Shown one piece after another: positions 59,123-64,000 of a stretch of DNA of 64,000 nt. Where the stretch lies: the NCBI GenBank assembly GCA_023380585.1, contig JAMCRN010000009.1, positions 2,524-66,523 on the forward strand. The letters run 5' to 3'. This DNA is from Candidatus Parvarchaeota archaeon (lineage in GTDB: Archaea > Nanobdellota > Nanobdellia > Parvarchaeales > Parvarchaeaceae). A program made the position numbers and the translations under genes. Positions within the stretch are counted from its first letter, which is position 1, and the number at the start of each line of letters is the position of its first letter. The notes under the pieces were generated by a model, which saw only the letters and a program-made list of their open reading frames with translations, was not told where the DNA came from and did not search any database.

Positions 59123-60121
59123 ATGGACAAAAATAACATCGTTATAACTAGGACCCCTCTGAGGATAACTTTCTGCGGAGGCGGCACGGACATACCTGAA
59201 TACTATAAAAACAACTCTTACGGCTGTGCCGTCAACTCAGCCATAAACAAATACATTTACGTTACGGTAAACAAAAGGTTCGAGAACAATTTAAGGATAA
59301 AATACTCTTTGACGGAAAACGTTGACAGTGTAGAGGACATAAAGCACCCTTCTATAAGAGAATCCCTTAAATTCCTAGGGATAAAGAATTCAATTGAGAT
59401 AGACAGCATATCCGATATCCCTTCCAAGGGCACTGGCCTCGGCTCAAGCAGCACTTTTCTGGTAGGGTTATTGAACGGCCTGCATAATTGGCTCGGGGAA
59501 GAGCCGGGACCGAGACAGCTGGCAGAGGAAGCCGTAAAGATAGAGCGCGAAATACTTAAGGAAGCGGGCGGAAAACAAGACCAATATGTTGCGGCATACG
59601 GCGGCCTTAACTATATGAGGTTCAAAAGCGACGAGAGCGTGGAAGTCCGTCCTATACGCATGAACAAGAGGGACTTGAAGTCCTTAGAAGCAAGCCTTCT
59701 TTTGCTGTATACTGGCGGGGACAGGAGCTCCTCGGCCATCTTGGAAAAACAGAAGAAGGCCATATCTGATAAGACGGAACAGTACACAAAGATGAGGACT
59801 TTGACCGACAGCCTTTATGTTGATTTAGAAATGGGCAACTGGAAATCCACTGGTAAATACCTGGATGAGAACTGGAAGATAAAAAGGAGTTTTGAGGACA
59901 GCATCTCCAACGGTTTTATCGACAATGCTTACAATACTGCTATTTCAAAGGGAGCGGAAGGCGGTAAATTGGTCGGTGCGGGCGGCAGCGGCTTTCTTCT
60001 GTTGTTCGCCGATAAAAGCAGGCACGATGCAATAATGTCCGCTTTGCCATCTCTCAGGCAGGAGGACTTCCGCTTTGAAGACTCCGGCAGCAGCGTCTTA
60101 TACAAGTCTGCTACGACATAG
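59123..60121 (+). CDS. GHMP-family sugar kinase
   Basis: PSKGTGLGSSS is the GHMP ATP-binding motif. Confidence 0.75.
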   Translation: MDKNNIVITRTPLRITFCGGGTDIPEYYKNNSYGCAVNSAINKYIYVTVNKRFENNLRIKYSLTENVDSVEDIKHPSIRESLKFLGIKNSIEIDSISDIPSKGTGLGSSSTFLVGLLNGLHNWLGEEPGPRQLAEEAVKIEREILKEAGGKQDQYVAAYGGLNYMRFKSDESVEVRPIRMNKRDLKSLEASLLLLYTGGDRSSSAILEKQKKAISDKTEQYTKMRTLTDSLYVDLEMGNWKSTGKYLDENWKIKRSFEDSISNGFIDNAYNTAISKGAEGGKLVGAGGSGFLLLFADKSRHDAIMSALPSLRQEDFRFEDSGSSVLYKSATT

Positions 60122-60249
60122 GATCAACGAATTGGCTTCCATCGATGACTGCAAGTTTTAAGTAAGTATCATAGCAGATTATAAATTTTCCTCTTTTTCG
60201 TAGTACGTTTCCCATAAAACTATTTATTCACTATATATCTATCTCTTAT

Positions 60250-61422
60250 ATGAGCCTGACGCATAGATCTCAGTCAGCATTGGAGTACATGATGACCTAT
60301 GGCTGGGCCATCCTGATCATAGTCATCGTAGCCGCAGTCTTATACTCCTTAGGTATCTTCTCCCCATCCTCAAGCATATCAGCAACAGTAACGGGATTCT
60401 CCAATCTAGGTTCAGTAGCAGCACAATGCACAGCCAACGGAGTCTTAAGGATAAACCTAGGAGACTCGACAGGTTACCCTATAAACGTCACCGGTATAAC
60501 AGCAAAAGACTCCTCCACAGGACAGATATCAACATTCAAATCAAATTCCACGGTAGATCCTAATCCTATAATAGATGTGGGAGGCAGTTACATCTTCTCA
60601 GTTCCAAATGTATGTCCCCCTGCCGGCACTCATTACTCCATATCGACGACAGTAAACTACACCGAACCCGGACAGCCACTCCCAGGTCCATACACATCCA
60701 GTGGAACTATCTCTGGAACGGTATCGGCTACAAATCTGCCACCAAGTGTCCCCTACTTTAATGGCGTTAACGCCTATCTTTACTCATCAGGAACGCTTAA
60801 CGGTTTGCCGGTCGGCCGTAGTGCAAGAACGGTTACCGCGTGGTTTTACGCCACTAACCTAACTTCAAGCGGTGGCGGCCGTTCAAATGTTTTTGTGTAT
60901 GGCACAACTAACTGTAATCCAGATAGTATGTTTCATGTGTATATCAATTACGGCAGCGCGCCAAATATAGTTATGAATGCTTGGTGCACTGATACTTCGA
61001 TTAGTGGTGTTGTAGCCGGAAAGTGGTATTTTGTTTCATATGCAATTAATGGTTCCAGCACTCCAAATGGAGATACTTTCCAAACCGGTTATACAGCTTC
61101 GTATGGTGGTAATCTAGTGTTAGCAAAGGACGGTCCATACAATATAAGTACTAGTTCTGTTTCTGGAATAGACATAGCGAATCCTTACGGATCAAACTAT
61201 TATTTTCAAGGTTATATAACAAACATTCAAATATACAACTTTGAACTTTCTCAGGCTCAAATACAAACATTAGTAAATGAGGGTATTTACGGTGCGCCAG
61301 TAACAACTAGCGGTTTAGTTGCGTGGTATCCTCTAAACGGTAGCCTTTCATCGTATCTGGTAAGCAACACAGCATTCTCAAGTGCAAATGCAGTATTCAC
61401 TAGCGATTATCCCACGCCATAG
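60250..61422 (+). CDS. class III signal peptide (pilin-like) protein with LamG/ConA-like C-terminal module
   Basis: MSLTHRSQSALEYMMTYGWAILIIV, the conserved 5' module shared with 49461, and a divergent C-terminus ending GLVAWYPLNG. Confidence 0.7.
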   Translation: MSLTHRSQSALEYMMTYGWAILIIVIVAAVLYSLGIFSPSSSISATVTGFSNLGSVAAQCTANGVLRINLGDSTGYPINVTGITAKDSSTGQISTFKSNSTVDPNPIIDVGGSYIFSVPNVCPPAGTHYSISTTVNYTEPGQPLPGPYTSSGTISGTVSATNLPPSVPYFNGVNAYLYSSGTLNGLPVGRSARTVTAWFYATNLTSSGGGRSNVFVYGTTNCNPDSMFHVYINYGSAPNIVMNAWCTDTSISGVVAGKWYFVSYAINGSSTPNGDTFQTGYTASYGGNLVLAKDGPYNISTSSVSGIDIANPYGSNYYFQGYITNIQIYNFELSQAQIQTLVNEGIYGAPVTTSGLVAWYPLNGSLSSYLVSNTAFSSANAVFTSDYPTP

Positions 61423-61556
61423 TCTTAAATATTATCCTGCTCAGAATATTCTCAAGGAAGGCAAAATAGGCTAACATTTTTCTACGTTTTTGTGCTATTT
61501 TAAGTATTGAATCGATGCGCATCTAATTTAAAAGTATTAACATCTACTTTTATGTA

Positions 61557-62297
61557 ATGGACGTAGAAACGGCGAGGGCTAGATTTGTCCGCGGAGTAAA
61601 ACGCTGGCCATGGCTGCGTTATAGACTTGTCGCTCTCAGGCGCATTTTATACCGAATCATTTTCCACTTTCATTGGAAGAAATTGGAAAGAGATTATCTT
61701 TTGTCTCCCGGTTTGAAGAAGCTACAGGTCGGCAGCTGGACTAATCTACTTGATGGGTGGCTAAACACAGACTACTACCCACGAAAAAATGTTCCTTTTC
61801 TAGATGTTTTGAAACCTCTTCCGTTTCCTGATAATTCGTTCGACTATGTATTTTCAGAACATATGGTTGAGCATCTCCCTTTTGATGGCACATTTGGTTT
61901 TTTTGTCGAGTGTAATAGACTATTGAAAAAAAACGGAAAAATAAGGATAGCGACTCCTGGTCTGGAACTGCTTTTCAAGGTTTTCACGGAGAAGAACGAT
62001 GCTACAGTCAAAAGTTTTATATCCGCCAATGGAAGGCCACCTTCCCCAAAACTGAAAAAGCCGCTTGCTGCGTATGCGATAAATAGAACTTTCTATGGGC
62101 ATGGTCACAAGTTCATATACGATTTTAAGTCTTTGAAAGCATCTCTCGAGGCTGCAGGCTTCAGGAATGTTGTCAGATGCGTGCCTGGCAAGAGCAAAGA
62201 CAAAAATCTAAACAATATAGATAGACGTGAAATCGAGCCTCGTAATAGGAAAGGTTTCAATAGATTAGAAACCATAGTCGTGGAAGCAATCAAATAA
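61557..62297 (+). CDS. class I SAM-dependent methyltransferase (type 11-like)
   Basis: DYVFSEHMVEHLP and the surrounding fold pattern. Confidence 0.55.
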   Translation: MDVETARARFVRGVKRWPWLRYRLVALRRILYRIIFHFHWKKLERDYLLSPGLKKLQVGSWTNLLDGWLNTDYYPRKNVPFLDVLKPLPFPDNSFDYVFSEHMVEHLPFDGTFGFFVECNRLLKKNGKIRIATPGLELLFKVFTEKNDATVKSFISANGRPPSPKLKKPLAAYAINRTFYGHGHKFIYDFKSLKASLEAAGFRNVVRCVPGKSKDKNLNNIDRREIEPRNRKGFNRLETIVVEAIK

Positions 62298-62308
62298 CGA
62301 GTATGATT

Positions 62309-62383
62309 TGGGGCAGCCGGGATTTGAACCCGGAACAACCTGAGCCCAAGTCAGGTATCATAGCCAAGTTAGATCACCACCCC
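62309..62383 (-). tRNA. tRNA-Pro (anticodon TGG)
   Basis: The reverse complement is GGGGTGGTGATCTAACTTGGCTATGATACCTGACTTGGGCTCAGGTTGTTCCGGGTTCAAATCCCGGCTGCCCCA. It has a perfect anticodon arm CCTGA-CTTGGGC-TCAGG and T-arm CCGGG-TTCAAAT-CCCGG. The acceptor stem has two G-U pairs and the D-arm is slightly atypical. Confidence 0.75.
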
Positions 62384-62436
62384 ACATCGATAGATATAAT
62401 TATCAAGTATAAAAAGTAATAGTTGTTAATCTTAAA

Positions 62437-63420
62437 ATGAAAGGAAAGCAACCGTTAGTGAGCATATATTCTACGGTTTTTAATAATTCAAAAATAATCA
62501 GGAAATCGATCGATTCTATAATCAGGCAGTTGCCGGACTTCTCCAGAAATTTTGAGTTGGTGATTGTCGACAATTTTTCAACGGACGGAACGTGGGATAT
62601 AATTAAAGAATATATGCTAAAACACGATAATATAGTAGCATTACAACTTCACTGTAATAGGGGAGAAGGCAGAGCCGTCGCTTATAATAATAGCACTGGC
62701 AAATTCATATTAAGCATCGATTTGGACCAGGTCTACGAGCCGATTTTTTCTAAATTTATTTATGGTTGCATTAAGTTTTACAAAACAGACACCATAATAA
62801 ATAATTTTATGGATAGGAAAACCATGGACAAAATTGGCAACTGGGGGCCGTTCTCAGGAGCAGAAGACTGGGAACTTTATGGCAGGGCTTTGTCAAAACA
62901 TGTTAAATTACGCTTTCTTCCGATTAATCTGTTTAAGAACGTCGTCGTTAAAGGCAGTAGAGAAAGGCGTTACTACACGAATCAGCTCAATGGAATAAAA
63001 AGGCGGTATTCTATTGTTAAGGACAGAATAATGGCTTTGGGCTTCCATCGACTTAAAGACGTGTTTGGTGTAAGAACGAGCGGCACCGTTGCCGCCAAGC
63101 TGGCATACATTCAATTGAAAATTCTTAATAAAAGAACTTATTCCTACTCCGATTACCGCTCAAATGAGGAATATTTTCACGCAAATATGGATTTTTTAGA
63201 CCCAGAGAAATTCGGAATACCTAAAGAGTATTGGGTTTGGAATGTGGCGTTAAGGCCAATTAGTTTAGATATTATAAACAAACTTCTCGACGCCCTTTTT
63301 AGATTAGGATTTAATAGAGTTAAGCTTGGAAGTAACCGCCATCTTATAGTTTTTACCGACAGAACAAAGCAAGACATACTGAAATTTTATTATAGTTTCT
63401 GGGAAAATTTCATCTTATGA
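62437..63420 (+). CDS. GT2-like glycosyltransferase
   Basis: VSIYSTVFNNSKII and ELVIVDNFSTDGT. Low GC. Confidence 0.6.
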   Translation: MKGKQPLVSIYSTVFNNSKIIRKSIDSIIRQLPDFSRNFELVIVDNFSTDGTWDIIKEYMLKHDNIVALQLHCNRGEGRAVAYNNSTGKFILSIDLDQVYEPIFSKFIYGCIKFYKTDTIINNFMDRKTMDKIGNWGPFSGAEDWELYGRALSKHVKLRFLPINLFKNVVVKGSRERRYYTNQLNGIKRRYSIVKDRIMALGFHRLKDVFGVRTSGTVAAKLAYIQLKILNKRTYSYSDYRSNEEYFHANMDFLDPEKFGIPKEYWVWNVALRPISLDIINKLLDALFRLGFNRVKLGSNRHLIVFTDRTKQDILKFYYSFWENFIL

Positions 63421-63457
63421 AAGCTAAAATAGCAAAGAGCATATAAAAAGCATAAAA

Positions 63458-63895
63458 ATGTCGATAGCTAAACTAAATATTCTAAGGAAAAATGGACCCG
63501 TCACTAAAGTGACGATATATAGCAATTCAAACCAAAAACCCTGCGTAAGCTGTATAATTCTGTGTTACAACTCAGAACGCTTTCTTGGAGACGCTATTCG
63601 CTCTCTTTTCCTGCAGGACTTTAAAGAACCCTTTGAAATAGTTGTTGCATACGGCAGAGGCACGACCGACGGAACATTATCCAAGCTGATATCTGTGCTT
63701 AAGGAGAATCTAGGGGCATCAAAGAAAATAGCACTGTCCATCCTATTCCACAATAACACCACTGAATTCAGGGCCAGAGCCTTGGCTTTAAAATACGCAC
63801 GCGGAGAGTATATGTGCTTTTTAGACTACTATTCCGTTGCACAACTGTTTAATAGAATCGGCGCTTCTACCATTACATGGCTTCTAATAGGCTAA
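63458..63895 (+). pseudogene. GT2 glycosyltransferase N-terminal fragment (145 aa), probably truncated
   Basis: CIILCYNSERFLGDAIRSL and EIVVAYGRGTTDGT are present, but the ORF stops after ~145 aa, before the DxD/acceptor domains. Confidence 0.4.
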
Positions 63896-64000
63896 AAGAA
63901 GGACGAATTGTGTGGGGGCGTCCTTTAACAAAGGTGAGACCAATGGAAAAAGACGCCCTCCAACGAAAATCAGAGGCAGTGATAACTAAAATAGATGATG

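Noticed and set aside
1-64000. CRISPR arrays, rRNA genes, IS elements with terminal inverted repeats
   Set aside because: No periodic direct repeats with spacers, no rRNA-like conserved stretches, and no transposase ORFs were seen in the window.

Overview
This 64-kb window looks like chromosomal DNA from a low-GC (~40%) archaeon, most likely a Thermoplasmatales-type euryarchaeon. It holds a probable replication origin with an adjacent Orc1/Cdc6 gene. It also carries housekeeping operons (nuoBCDHI, sufCBD, AspRS, fumarase, SOD, deoxyhypusine synthase, RPA), two tRNAs and a glycosylation gene cluster. The most interesting content is accessory. There is a family of class-III-signal-peptide (archaeal type-IV-pilin-like) proteins with LamG/ConA-like C-terminal modules, and a FlaI/TadC-type pilus assembly ATPase with a split membrane platform. 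Two of these proteins share a near-identical ~430-bp 5' module. A ~108-nt hairpin element carries tRNA T-arm and D-arm motifs in permuted order. A compositionally distinct three-gene operon has no recognisable function. All calls are from reading the sequence and motif recall; no database searches were run.
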